From NCBI GenBank assembly GCA_000934665.2, contig JYFJ02002003.1, forward strand, positions 1 through 64,000: a stretch of 64,000 nucleotides of DNA, written 5' to 3'. A model generated the notes under the pieces. The model saw only the letters and a program-made list of their open reading frames with translations, searched no databases and was not told the DNA's origin. The translations under genes were made by a program, and so were the position numbers. Source of the stretch: Catajapyx aquilonaris (Eukaryota). Of this stretch, positions 42,601 to 57,222 are shown in pieces. Every line of letters begins with the position of its first letter. The first letter of the stretch is position 1.

Positions 42601-44989
42601 GAAGGACGCGGAACCTCCTCTTCGTCCACTGCGTACGTCTTGCCGTTGTAGTACGGGTACATTATGGTCGGGTCATGCTGCTCTTGAGTCATGAACTTCT
42701 CCTCAGCTGCTTCCATTATACGCTGTTTCATCGGGACAAACAATGGGTCAGGAATGACTGGCACACGAATTAATTATCAAGCACTAAACGACCGCCGCTG
42801 CATCAAACCGAATGGCCCACAAACAATCTCTAATATTATTGTGTACTGTGAATAGCTGCGTTTTTGGTCAAATATGTTTCGGCCCTGGAATGCGTAGATG
42901 GTAGATCATAATATGGATGCATGCATTGAGCGACCCGATTCTAACATGATTGTGGCCTCTCGTCTTTTTTATCTTTGCGGCAAGGAGATAAGCCGTTGTG
43001 TGTGTGCCCCTCCAACCCCCCCCCCCCAACCCCCAATGTTGATACAACCATTATTATTCGCTCAAGTTGAAATCTATAAAAAAACACTTGTATACTGATG
43101 GTTGTATCCCATTTGGCCTGACCTATTTTTTAAAATTGATAGTGAAAAATAGGAAATTGTCATTATCAGAGTTGATGTTGACTGTTGAATATATACCTGG
43201 ACAGCTTTAATTTTGAGATTCATCATCCTGCTGACATCGTTGGCCATTTCCTGCAGCATCTGGGCTCCGACTATCTTCTCTATCTTGGCGTTGTGTTCTT
43301 CATATCGCTGAAAAAATATGACAATTACCATATCATGTAATAAACAATGTAAACAGGCGGGCCTTAGAGGAAGACACTAAGAAGAAGTAAAGCATTAAAA
43401 AAGTAAGGTAAAATACCGAACATTCCTACTATAGAGAGGAAAAATAAATTGGTTAAATTGCATCCACTTAGAATTTAATATTTTCAATCATACTACGGTA
43501 CTGTATTACCTGTTTGATATTTGAAATTTTTGTATTCCTGATGGCACATTTATATATTGCATATTCATGTGTCGTTGGGTAATTTGTTGTTGTGCAGTTA
43601 TTGGTAACCACTGGGAAAATATTTGAGCGATTACCTCATTCATCAAGATTAGGTGCATCTTGATGTCCTAATATATTGACCTAATGAATGGAATTTTAAA
43701 AGGTTAGAGTGAAAGGGGGGATTTACTCATTTTCGTGTTGAGCCTTTTGCACAGGAATGTGCAAAAAAATCCATAAAGCAAGAAACAGCTCTACGACGAC
43801 GTACCCTTACAAAGCCCGTAAGCAATATTATTTCCATATTAAAATTGATGGGGTGTCGTGCAGTAATAATGTCCAGTAGACTAAATGCCAGATGATGTAG
43901 TTGCGTACCTACGTTATGATTACCTTTTCATCTGTAGGGATCGTGAACAACATTGCATGTTTTTAGTATATTTAAAACATCAAAGAGATCATTAAAATGA
44001 CTACCTCACGTATAGCCTGTGCGAATAAAACATTCAACGAGCGTACTTTCGACGGCTATTAATAACGATTTCGAATATTTATAATTTTAAATTTTGCCAT
44101 GCGTCGTAATTTTGAAAATAAAAACTATGCTTACAGGGTAATCAACACAACTGGCGCAAAATGCGTGTCGCTTAATTAATTTTGTACCTCGTAGGCCTAT
44201 ATCTCTTGCGCAGCACTCTGATATTCAAAAAGCTTCGGATGGAAAAGTGGCGCATAAAAAAAACACAATTCAGCGCAGTTTGGAAAAATGTGCAGCTGCT
44301 TACATTCACAAATCGACATATTATTTTAACTTATGTTATCCTGTGGTTCTTCCTATAACTAGTCATATTTCAGACGTTAACATGCGGGGAAAAGTTCATT
44401 CATTGCAAAAAAAAAGGGGGGGGGGGTGTTACCTTACCTTCCCTATTTGCACGAATCCAGTAGCTTGCTTCCCAATGTCCCAGAGTTTGTTTCCAAAACT
44501 CTCCGCCCAGTGCAGGACACTGCATGAATAAATAAAGCGAGTTAACTCACTGACATTTATGAAATATTAATGTGGCTCAAAGTGCAGGCTAAATATGAGC
44601 AAACTGGGCACTATCACTGACACTACAGAACTGCGATAAATTTTGGAGCAGTCCAACTTCCTGTGATGTCACAGATTGAATCAAATTTCGTATCAATTTC
44701 TCGTAGCACCGGTTACGTCAACAGCATTTCCGCCAATTCGATACTGCACTATGCGAAGTCATTTTTGCCAATTCGAAACCAGCAACAAGAACAGTGCTCT
44801 CCAAAAAAAAAAAAAACCAATTGAAATGCGATCTCACTCTGCCTGCGTGACGGCATCGATGTGATTGGAAGAAGACGCTGCATCCGCTGAAGACGCGATG
44901 AGGAGGAGGAGGAAGAGGGCGGCCCCGGGGCCAATAGAAGCGGCCCCGGGGCGACGACCATTCCTGCAGCTGGGGCAGGAGGCCGACAT
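36695..44989 (-). CDS. Voltage-gated calcium channel alpha2delta subunit (CACNA2D/straightjacket-like), more than 20 exons
   Basis: Signal exon 44989-44838, then 44519-44438, 43307-43197, 42722-42329, 42270-42011 and further exons to a last exon 36793-36695. Motifs SWQYFGSSSG, YDCRMRSWY, VWA MIDAS DISGS, MLITDGA, LLGVAGTDVP, ILKPNYNSIDLAEVE, DYQAVC, and a C-terminal hydrophobic GPI-type signal. Confidence 0.95.
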
Positions 44990-46320
44990 GATGTTTCTGG
45001 AAGCAGCAGCAGCAGCAACGGCACGTTGTTTTTTGTCCAAGGCCGGGCCTGTATTTTTAGCCCCAGTCCTCCTCCTCTCCCCGGCGGATCTCCCATCACA
45101 TCACTTTATTTTCGGAAACTCACTCACACACACCGCTTTTCCAGGGATACCAACAGAGGAACTGAAAAAACAAAGCAACAACAACATTTTAGCGCACTTT
45201 TGTCCGGTTCAAATCCGGTGTGTCTCAAGGCGGGAATACCTGAAGAGACCGAAACAATATGAACTGGTCTGAATTCGGTGATGCAACGACATGCTCAATT
45301 GGGTAATAGCCGAGTAATTAGTGTGCACAGCCATCAGCACTGTCCGTCTTCATCATGCACATCATTATTTGCATACACTCATGCACTACCAACAACTGCT
45401 CATCAAGCTCACATTTCGTTGGCAATATATTTAATGGAGCTGCAATGTGCCGTACTTACTTAGCTGCCTGCAACTATAGGTGCTGAACATTCACACGTGC
45501 GACACTGCGGCAGAATGATGAGAGCGGGCTAAATAATGTACGCGCACTTGTGTCCTTCCGAGTGACAGCAGCCGAGCGGCTGAGCTTGTCTCATGTCACC
45601 ACGCGGGCAGCTTTTGGAGTAAAAAAGTTTCCAACACCACAGCACCTGCAGCTGGTGTCCGTACTGTGCGTGTAACATCCCCTTGCCGACGGTGTACACT
45701 CATCGAGATAATAACGTGCTGCCTACTGCCGCTCGTTCGTTGAACTTGTCCGAGTCAATACTGGTGACTCATCCGTCGTTCGGTTTCACTATTTTCCTCT
45801 TTTATGCAACACGCAATCTGCATTGGACGGTGTGTGTTACGTACGGGATCGAATACTATACTTTCCGTGTGCAATAGTTCCGGAATTCAGTAGGGCTATG
45901 CACGGACTTTATTGATCACTGTTGACCTGGCGCATATGCAATGCGGTAATCAAGGCCATGCGGCAGTCCCAGGCGGCTGATCACACGACCTTTTTTTTGC
46001 AGTTTGATAAAATAGTTTTTTTTTTTTACAAATCAATTTCTTGAGATGTTGCGTCATAAACGTGCCTGCAATATTTAGGTCGGGTGAATGAGAGAGACCG
46101 AAAGAGTCCGAATTCATTCCAATAGGTTACATCTTCAGCATAATAAATTATCTATTCGAATGATGGACATGGATTTCGGCAAACACTGGGATATCTCTTT
46201 ATTTCAAGAATTAATATTTTAATCCTATAGAACATTGCTGGTAAAGGTATACATAGTATTATATTGGGAATAAAGAGTAAATGTTTGGAGCAATTGAAGT
46301 TGAGACTTTTAATAATAGCC

Positions 46321-46770
46321 TACCGTAATAATTGAAGGGTTTTGGTGCAAAACCCGGATATAAGTCCACTTTCGGTCGAAAATGAGTAAGGTCGTATGAG
46401 TGGTTCCGCCACCTTGGGGCCATTCTGCACCTTTTGGTACGAAAATCAGACCTGTCATGTCACAGTCCACTGAGGAAATATAGCCATCCCAAGTGACAGC
46501 ATAGGGGTGGTTCTGAGCGCACATAGGCTGCGTTTTCGCCCTCTAGCGGGTGAAATGACAAAAGGCACCTCCTAGACTTCGGCGCCATATGGAAATCGAA
46601 ATATCTTATCTGCCTAGCGACAAATATAGCTCATATCGAAACAAACTAAGGTGAGGCCAAAACTTCAGACATTTCTTAGCATTTTAAAATTTAAATCATT
46701 TAGACGTGGTCTACAGGTTTTCGAGTTATAGGGTTTCAGAATCGGGGCATTTTTTTTCGATCACCCTGTA
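46321..46770. mobile_element. Degenerate DNA-transposon/MITE relic
   Basis: Ends in CACCCTGTA (reverse complement of the TACAGGGTG Tc1/mariner-type terminus) at 46762-46770; the partner end was not identified. A similar lone end lies at about 25404-25417. Confidence 0.35.
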
Positions 46771-46995
46771 AATGACTGCATTTGAGAAATGGCACCACCG
46801 CTTTTAACCCTTTTTTTGGTGCAGACGTCAAAAGCAGCATATGGCCAAGTTACATTCACTGCATAGACAGAAGTAAGCTATAATAATAATTGCACACGGG
46901 ATAACCCCATGTGCTACATATGCCTCCTCAGATGAACACATTCCAACTTATTTTTACATGCATTCAAACAGCTTTTAAAATAAGCGCGCCAGACA

Positions 46996-47056
46996 TATCG
47001 ATATGGAACGCGCGACAAATATCGATACATCGATGTTCCAAACCAAGATGGCGGCC
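46996..47056 (+). promoter_or_regulatory. Promoter of the Myb/SANT-like gene
   Basis: DRE TATCGATA at 46996-47003 and 47020-47027; YY1-like CAAGATGGCGGC at 47044-47055; 5'UTR donor at 47149/47150. Confidence 0.65.
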
Positions 47057-47264
47057 CCCTTCTCTTGACAAAAGTCTCTTCCTCTTCTTCTTGCCCACTT
47101 TCTTCGCCTTCTTATCCAGATAGTAAGAGGACTGGAGGACTGGCCGAAGGTATATTTGGACAGCGGCACTGGCCCCGATTTGGTAATTGCAGGGAGTGGT
47201 CAGAACAAGTGCATCTGTCATTGTTCCTTTGGAGATTTTAAGTCGGATTGTTGTATGCAGGGCC

Positions 47265-49194
47265 ATGCAGACAGCAGCAACAGTGAAGGAAGAGGCGGAG
47301 GAAGAGGAAGAGCACATCTTCATGGGGGAAGAGATGTGGAGGACGATGGTGAAGCAGGACCCATTGACCCCACTGGAGGGCGAGGGAACAGCTGGTGTTG
47401 AAGGTGGGGTCGGCCAGGCTGATGGGGAGGCGGCCACGCTCCTGGAGGAAACCGTGGCTTGCAGTGCGGACGACCCTCTGGCATTCAGTCCAGGCGGGGC
47501 CAGGAAGGTATGTAGCGGAAGGCAGCTCAGGGGAAGCAGCTGCATATTATGCCAAATATTCACGTTGGGTTGGTCATTGCTTTGGCACATGTGGCTGTCA
47601 GAAGAGTTTATTAAAGGTATGATCCTACAAAGGTGATATGCGGTGAACATTGCAACTCCCATGGTATACATTTGTATGGTGTCAAAGAGACTGCTGAATT
47701 CCTCGTATCAGGGAAAACACCGTTTTCATTGAGCAGGTGGGCTTCTGTTCCCGAATCTGTTTTCACCTGTCATGGAAAAAAATCTGTTAAAAAGTACTGG
47801 TTGTGCTAGTCATGTTATTTGGCTCTGGATACAATGACATCAACCCACCCTTCTCTCCATCATCTCCCTCATCTACTAGGAGTGTGAAAGTACAGTGGAG
47901 GGGAAGACTGGTCGACGACGGCCAAACTTCACTTTAAAAGAAGTAGAAGCCTTGACAAGGGGATACGAGAAGAAATGCATGGTCCTCAATATCAAGGTGA
48001 AGAGTTCAAATGCAAAGAGGAAAGCTGCATGGGCAGCATTAACCAAGGAGGTTAATTCAGTCAGCCATTATGGTAGGAGTGTTGCAGAAGTGATGAGAAA
48101 AGTGAAGGACTTGAAAGCGGCCACCAAGAGCAAAGGTATCCATAGTTAAAATAGTCCTGTGCATGCAGACATTTAGGCATAGATTTATGACAAACAATAA
48201 TTTTGCCATATGGAATTTCGGCCTGACCCAAGTTAAGCATCTGCATCATAAAAAATGACCTCCAGGATATATTATGGCATTTTCACATGTTATCTCTTGA
48301 TCAATTCGAATATTTTTGCTCCATTTATCAAGTTATAGCATGAAACGCGTGTATTTCAGTCATGGCTCGGCGGAAAGCGGGTTGTGGTGCCTCGAGTGCT
48401 CCCCGTCTCAATGAAATTGAAGAAAGGATTGCTGCTATTCTTGAAAAGTATGTAACTTCAAGCACTGAAGAAGTGGCAGATGTTCGGATGATTCCTGAGA
48501 GTGAGAGTAAGTAGCACGTCACATGCCTTTCACCATTTTACATTTTAAAATGCGGTGTTTATCTTCCTCAGATGCAACTTCTCGTGCTTGTGGTGAGACT
48601 ACCAATGAGGAACAAGTTGCTGATGAAGATCCGAGGGTCAACACGAATGGTCATGTGGATGTTGAGGCTGAGTCACCCAAGGAGTCACCACTATCACCTT
48701 CTTGGAGTCCTGTCCAGGTGTAAGTGCAGTGCAGGCTAATGGCATGTCAGTTTTGAACCTACCATGTGACATATCTCAATGTTTGGCATTGCAGAAGATT
48801 TTGTTTCCTGCAGCTTCTGCCATTGTTTAAAGAGATGAAATGTAGCAATACATTGTAGGTGCCTGATTTTCTATTGTCGTCCAAACAAGACTTGTTAAGG
48901 GCCATTTTCTCGAACAGTGGTTCAAATGTAAACCTGGTTCAAAGCCGGTTTAAACCCTTGACAACAGCCTAACAACAATCAATCAGGGATTAAACTGACT
49001 TTGAACCCAGTTTACATTTGAACCTTTGTTCGAGAAAACGGCCCTTAATGTGCTCAGCCAACATTGATCTCTTGAGTTCTAACTGTACGCATTCCTACAG
49101 GAAAACTGAAGCAGACGAGTCTCTGGATGAACTGTGGCAACAGAAACCAGCCCTGCTGCGAGAGGAAGTTGAGGTACAGAAAGCCATCTGCTAG
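47265..49194 (+). CDS. Myb/SANT-like DNA-binding protein (MSANTD/NAIF1-type), exon 1 plus cassette A
   Basis: Exons 47265-47507, 47880-48135, 48360-48506, 48572-48719, 49101-49194. RRRPNFTLKEVEAL...KRKAAWAALTKEVNSVS...RSVAEVMRKVKDLK; the terminal exon is truncated relative to cassette B. Confidence 0.8.
48899..49044. mobile_element. 146-bp MITE with long terminal inverted repeats and TTAA flanks
   Basis: TTAA|GGGCCATTTTCTCGAACAGTGGTTCAAATGTAAAC ... GTTTACATTTGAACCTTTGTTCGAGAAAACGGCCC|TTAA; imperfect inverted repeats of about 60 nt. Confidence 0.9.
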
Positions 49195-49684
49195 AACAAT
49201 TCTGACTGGCCTGACTCCTGCAACATTAGCAATCGTGAAGAATTAGCCACACTGCATTTCTTAAGATCTTGGAGAAAAATTTGGCGGATGGACTGAGAAG
49301 TTCAATTTCAATTTAGCATGTGTGGCTAGTTGTATGATAACAAATTAAGGTGCTATTTTTGCATATAATGCATGTTTGACACGCTGATTTATTGAAATCC
49401 GTAGGGGCCACTCTGGTTGAAATTATTGGCTGCAGTGTTTTATTTTTTTAATGAACTTAAATAAGAAACTATTTTGGGTAGGTTTGACCTCTTTTAAGGT
49501 ATTGCACGGACCTTTGTTTTATGATTTTGGAATGAAGGGCTTATCCAAAACTACATGAAAATTTCTTACTCAAAAGTTGAGAGTCTGAGGGTACTAGTTA
49601 CGATATGTATTGAGTGACACTATTATGGCTCCCTCTCCCTGAGGGGAACGACATCTACTAACCCTTCCCTCCCTCATCTGATAG

Positions 49685-50883
49685 GAGTGTGAGAATATGG
49701 TTGCCAGGAAGATTGGTCGCCCACGTCCCAACTTCACCTCTGAAGAAGTAGCAGTTCTGACCAATGGATACAAGAAGAATAGCTCAATCCTCAATGTCAA
49801 GGCAAAAGGTCCCAGCATTTTGAACATAACGAGGAAGCCAACATTGGTGGCATTAACGAAGGAGCTTAATTCCGTCAGCCCTTATGGCAGAAGCGTTGCA
49901 GAAGTGATGATAAAAGTAAAGGCCTTGAGAAAAACTACCAGGAGCAATGGTAAACAGAGTTAAAATAATCATGTGCATGCAATAATTTAGGCTAAGAGCA
50001 CCAACAATGAGACATGTGTATTTTAGTCGTGGCTCGGAAGAGAATGATGACTACAACAAGGTGCGGGCCCCAGGAAATGCCTCCACTCAGCAGGATTGAA
50101 GAAAGGATTCCTGTCACCTTTGAAGAGCGTCCAACTTCCAGCAGTCCAGACGTGGCAGATGTTTCGATGCTTCCTGAGAGTGAGAGTCAGTAGCGCATCG
50201 CGTGCCTGTCACCAGTTCACATTTTTAAACGTGACATTTTCTCTCTCAGATGCAACTTCCCCTACTGTTGGTGAGACCACCAGTGAGGAGCAAGTTGCTG
50301 ATGAAGATCCAAGGGTCGACACTAATGGTCATGTGGATAATGAGGTTGAGTCACCACCATCACCTCCTCAACTCGGCAGGGGTACAGTCCAGGGGTAAGT
50401 ACAGGATAAAGGCATAACAGCTCGTAGAATGTAGATGGGGTTAAGTCAATAATGGGCATGTCATGACCTAACCATGTGACAAATCTCCCAATGTTTCCCA
50501 TGGGAAACAAGGTTTTTTTTCCTTGGGTTAGCTACTGTTGCCTGCAAAATTGAAATATCATAATGCATTGTAGATGCCAGAGTTTCTATTGCTCTGCCAT
50601 GAAGCCTAATACTTCAAAATAATTTACTGAATTTGAATTGATGCATTCTGGCAGGAGAGCGCAAGAAGAAGAGCCTCAAGACTGCCATGTCATGCAGATG
50701 CGCAAGAAGAAACTGGCCCTTCTGAGGGAGCAAATTGAGGTTCAGAAAGCCTTGGCATCCGCTGCAACAGCTCAAGCTGAAGCACTGGCTGCAATGGCCC
50801 GCTCACTGCAAGGAATTGCGGAGAATCAGCCTCGCATTCTTCAGACCCTGGAGGAAATTAGGGATGGGATTGTTTACGTGTAA
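49685..50883 (+). CDS. Myb/SANT-like gene, duplicated cassette B (exons 2-5)
   Basis: Exons 49685-49949, 50027-50185, 50250-50394, 50655-50883, all open and in the same phases as cassette A; ends in a coiled-coil (KKLALLREQIEVQKALA). Confidence 0.75.
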
Positions 50884-51687
50884 CCACAACCACAGAGTAG
50901 TTCACGTGTAGTGGTGAAAGTAGGGCTAGTTGTATCAGCCTAAATGATAAGGACAAAATTGCACATGCTGTGCACTGCACACACTGATCAGATTTAGATG
51001 CATTTAATGTTATGCCATGTCAAATGATATGATACGCAAATATCTGGAGGAATAATACTGGACAACTTCAGGGGCACAAGTTTGGACTCCGATGACGATC
51101 TCTGATCGAAGGAAAAAGTAATGCTACAATGTTTCTGTAGTGATCTTCCATAATCTGAAATATGGCCAGAATTTCCTTAATTTTCGCTGATACAGCTACG
51201 ACCACAGTATATTTGTAAATATAATATTTTCAACTAAATTTGTAATTAATGCTGAATGTAGTTTTAATACCACATTTTCCTTTGCAGTATTCCACGTTAT
51301 TTGCTCTTTCAGATGCTTATACGAGTATTTATATAGTTTTTGAGTATTGCAGTTTTTCAGGTGAATTGTGATGAAATAGAGCCAACTGATGGGGCCGGTA
51401 CGTATTATGCTGAGGGAACCAGCCATCCAGAATGAAGGGGAGGGAAATTTTGTTATTTTTTTTATTTTCCTCGTAAAATTATCCAGAGTAAATTGATAAG
51501 TGATGCACTGCCGACATGCATTTTAAAAAATATGGACATCGCAAATTTTGAAGTCTGATTTTGTGAAATGTCACCACTTATTTGAAGGTAACTTACCAGA
51601 CATTCCCATTCAGAAAATACCATTGGATGTGATTGGCCAAGTGAGATTATTACGTGGGATGTAGAGTACAATTCCATGCAGAAGGAA

Positions 51688-52971
51688 TCAGTGACGCCAA
51701 TTGGGCCTGATCTTCATCTCCACTTTCTTGAGTGAATATTTTATTCCCTTCCACGTGTACCACTGAACACCTTTGTCAATTTCTGAGCTGTTCCCTCTGA
51801 AGTACTGTCCATTTAGGTTGGAGTGCCCGCAGCTGTTGTACCACCATGCACCTTGCTGTTGATCCGCACAGTTTCCAAAGTTGTTGTCATGGTCCTTGTT
51901 CCAGGTGGTGAAAGCCATCCCGGAATGGTGCTTCATGAGCGAATCTCCCGCCGTACTTTGTTTGTTGTATCCAGACACGAAGAGACGGTAGTTATCCTCT
52001 TCGTCCGTAACCCTGAACATGTCATATTCAGCATGCGCCTTTCCTCCTTCCCAGTCCTCCAAGTCCACACGAAGTCGGACAGGAGTCGAAGGAGGACTGG
52101 TTAGAGCATGGATCTTATCCAGACCTGTCGCAGCAATGTGACGGTAGTTTGGTTGAAAAATACAAGGTCGTATGATGCTTGCATGCAAGTCACTCACCTA
52201 ACCAAAATTCCCGATTTAAGTCACCAAATCCTTGCTTGTAATCATTCCATTTTCGGTAGAAATTGACATGAGGTATGACATCGTCTCTTCTTTGGATGAC
52301 GATCCATCCACCATATGTCTCAAGGTCGCAGTACACCTGTAATAAACGTGGCGTGGCAATTGAAGTAATTCGACGCCATTACTGCATCAGTGCAAATCAT
52401 TATCACTTCTGGAATAAATTTAATTCCTTTCATAATTAACAATTACCTCAAATTGTTTTCCTGAGACAGTGATGGTGTAAATGCCAGATTGCTCACTCCC
52501 TTGTCGTTCCACCTCATCGTAGCAGTTGGATGCACTTACTTTCCGGTTTGATTTGGAAGTTTCTGACGCTGCCTGGATGTCACTCCTAAGTGCTTGTAAC
52601 TCTCGTGTAATCTTTCCCTCCAAGTGTGTCAACCTGGTCAACACCTCTTCGACGTTACGTTTGCTTGTGTATGCTGCCGGAAAGAAGCCGGATAATTAGA
52701 TCCAACCTGGTCAAGTCGGTTAGATTAACTCACAGGCGTGGATGATCTGGTTGTGAACAGATTTGATCACGACTGGTTTCAACGAGTTGACGACTGACTG
52801 GACCACACCCGAGATCACTTCATCAGTGGTTTGGAAATCACTCCCGACGGATCCCGATCCCTCTTCCTCGTTCGTGTGACTCCCACCATGGACCTCAACA
52901 TTCCCTCCTCCAAAGAGGAGGGAAAGGAGAACCTGGGAGTAGAGTACAGCAAAACTTGCATCGACCTCCAT
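51688..52971 (-). CDS. FREP 7
   Basis: Exons 52971-52734, 52673-52447, 52336-52198, 52124-51688; complete FBG domain. Confidence 0.92.
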
Positions 52972-53247
52972 AGTTCCACAAGGGCTCACAAATATGGACT
53001 GAGAATCAGATGCAACCAAGCGGGATCGAGATACAGAGGTCAGAGAGCACCATGCAACATCTGTCATGACCTTTAGATAATAAATAATTTATTATTTATA
53101 GGCTTACTTAAAGTGTGCACTTTTGTGCTAGGGACAGCATCATGACGAAATACCATGCCTGCAAAAATGGTCGGATGCTTTATTTTTGTCATTGATAAGT
53201 ATGTACATTACTTGGTATGTAAGAATGTCGGTCTCCGGTACAAAGGA

Positions 53248-54829
<1,582 letters not shown>

Positions 54830-55782
54830 CTTTGCAAAATGTTTTATGAGTAGTGTAACAGCAAGCCAAGCTACTGATATACAATCAAACGAGGAAAACT
54901 TAGCAATGCAAAGGTCAGAGTGTTATGTCACGTATTTTTGAGAGAGATCAAGGGTATCCACTCGTGCTTATCTTAAAAAAGCTAATTCGTTTATCTCAAG
55001 AGCACTCTTATTCCAATATTATTAAGTTACTTTATATCATCCGGCGACATCTTGCTGCTGCGATGAATCTGAAGAACTTATCATTAATACTGAACCGTAC
55101 TTATGTGTAATACAAGGTGGGTCAGAATTTCAGATCATTTTCTACATGTCCTATTGGTTCAAATGCCATGTATAGCGTTGCCGAGTGACTGAAAAATGTG
55201 TGTTTTTTTCTCACTTTAATCTAGGAATAAACAGTCAGGCCGTTGCTTAGGACATGCCTGACTGTTGTGGCTCAGAACAAGAGCCGTGTCAGGCGCTTGT
55301 GTGGACAGTCGGATCGAATAGTCGGCTATACGAAACTGTCGCATGACGGTGCGATTCAGGCAACGACGCCACATCATACAACAAAAAGTATTGCGAGAGC
55401 GACTTCTTAGGCTGGTGGAACTGGTCGAGTTCATAACCGGAGGAAGCTACAAAACTTCTGCGGTGAAGTCTATATACACACTGACTGGTGAGCAGATATT
55501 GTGCAGATTCAAGTTAGAGATTTGCGACGAATTATTCTGTAAGTATTAACACTAATAGTTACTTGCTGAAATGCTTGAGGGTCCAAAAAAATTCATTAGA
55601 TATTTTCCAGGTACTTTTGCTAAGTACAGTATCACATTACCCACTCTTGACATTTTAGTCGGATCTACGTTCATGAGCATTCCCAGCCTATTTCAATGTG
55701 AAATAAGTCTATGTCATACTATATGACATTTCAGGTTCTGGTAATTGCGACAACAGTTTACTGCAACTTACAAGGACCCGCG

Positions 55783-57222
55783 ATGGAGAACAGCAAAGTC
55801 CCGCGTAAACTGGAGAGATTCGTGCATCTCCTACTGTCGTATTTCTACAGCACAGAGGATTTTCTGATAGTGGACCTTCTGATGAAGAAGATATGCCTAA
55901 CAGAGAAGGACTTGGAAAAGGACCTCATGCTCGGCCACGACGTGCTTCGATCGAGTTTGCAGCACCTGATGGCCGACAAGGTCATTCATTATCGGTACAT
56001 AATCGAGGACGACGACGGGGACAGTCGACGCAAGGTCACGCCCTGCTACTACTACATCGACTACAGGAAGTTGGTGAACGCGGTCAAGTACCGCCTGTTC
56101 GTCCTGAAGAGGAACTTGAGGAACAGCCAAGGACTAATCAGGTTCAGGTGTCGGTCGTGCCAGACCGACTACGGCGACGAGAGCGCGGCCAACCTGATCG
56201 ACCCAGAGACCATGAACTACGTCTGCATCTTCTGCGCAGGAAAGGTCGAGGACGAGGGTCCCCCCAAACCAGTGGTGCGCGGACTGGTGAATAAGTTCCA
56301 CACGAAGATGGTCCCTCTGGAGTCTCTTCTGAAAGTGGTCGACCGGATGCCGCTGGAGGAGATCAGCGACATACCTGGTGGTAAGCTGGACCGGAACTCA
56401 GCAGCTGTACCCGAGATGTCCGGAGACGCGACCAGGACCAGAAGAGAGGAGGGTTTTGCACCGGAAGAGGTCAAGCAGAAGAAAGATTCCAAGGCGACCG
56501 AAGCACCTCTGGACGTGGTGGGGGAGAACGTCTGGGACATGAGCAAGCCAGAAGTCGTGGAACGTGTTGCTGTCGAACGATTCCAGCATCTGATGAATAT
56601 CGTTCAAAGGTACTGCAGCCAAGATAGGCCTGAAAAAGCAGGTACCTGCAGTAGATGGCTTGCCAGTTGTGGGAAATATAGGAATCTTATTCGTATACTA
56701 ATAGTGAAATGCGTGCCTATAAACATAGGCCTATACATCAAAACTCAAAGGATGTCGATTTATGGTCACTTTTGTTCTATATGTTCTTGTCGAAAAAGTA
56801 GGTTCAGGCAGTGCTATCGTGGAGGGCGATAAAACAATTGGCACCACCATATAATGACGATTACTTTAAAATTCACATTTCTAGAGTAATCGCATTTTGT
56901 TATAGACTACTGCAGTTATTATCATCCGCTTTTCGGTTGACGACAATGCAGCTGATATTAACTGCAGTAGTCTATAACAAACTGCGATTATTCATTGGCG
57001 GAAGAGCTGCTCAGAAAGCGGGAATTGATAGCAATGCTTTCATACAAGTCGCCTTTTCTTTCCGTTGCAGAACTGGTGTTGGACGTGGAGCCCTTAACCG
57101 AAGCCCAGTTGCAAGAGTGGGCACGGAGGACGAATTCTCTTCTCGTTAACAAGCAAGCCATAGCATTCAGAAAACGACGTAACGACAACCTATGTTTTTG
57201 CAAGTTTGACGATGCTCTCTGA
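55783..57222 (+). CDS. Divergent general transcription factor IIE alpha-like protein
   Basis: Exon 55783-56641 plus a probable last exon 57071-57222 (phase 1). Extended winged helix (VPRKLERFVHLLLSYFYSTEDFLIVDLL...LRSSLQHLMADKVI...YYYIDYRKLVNAVKYRL) and a C-x2-C-x21-C-x2-C zinc ribbon, collinear with TFIIE-alpha/GTF2E1. Confidence 0.85.

Noticed and set aside
46964..47671. 235-aa minus-strand ORF
   Set aside because: Antisense to the Myb/SANT gene promoter and exon 1, with no recognisable domain.
47265..50883. Autonomous Harbinger transposon
   Set aside because: No DDE transposase ORF or enclosing terminal repeats; the gene has a host-type promoter and introns.
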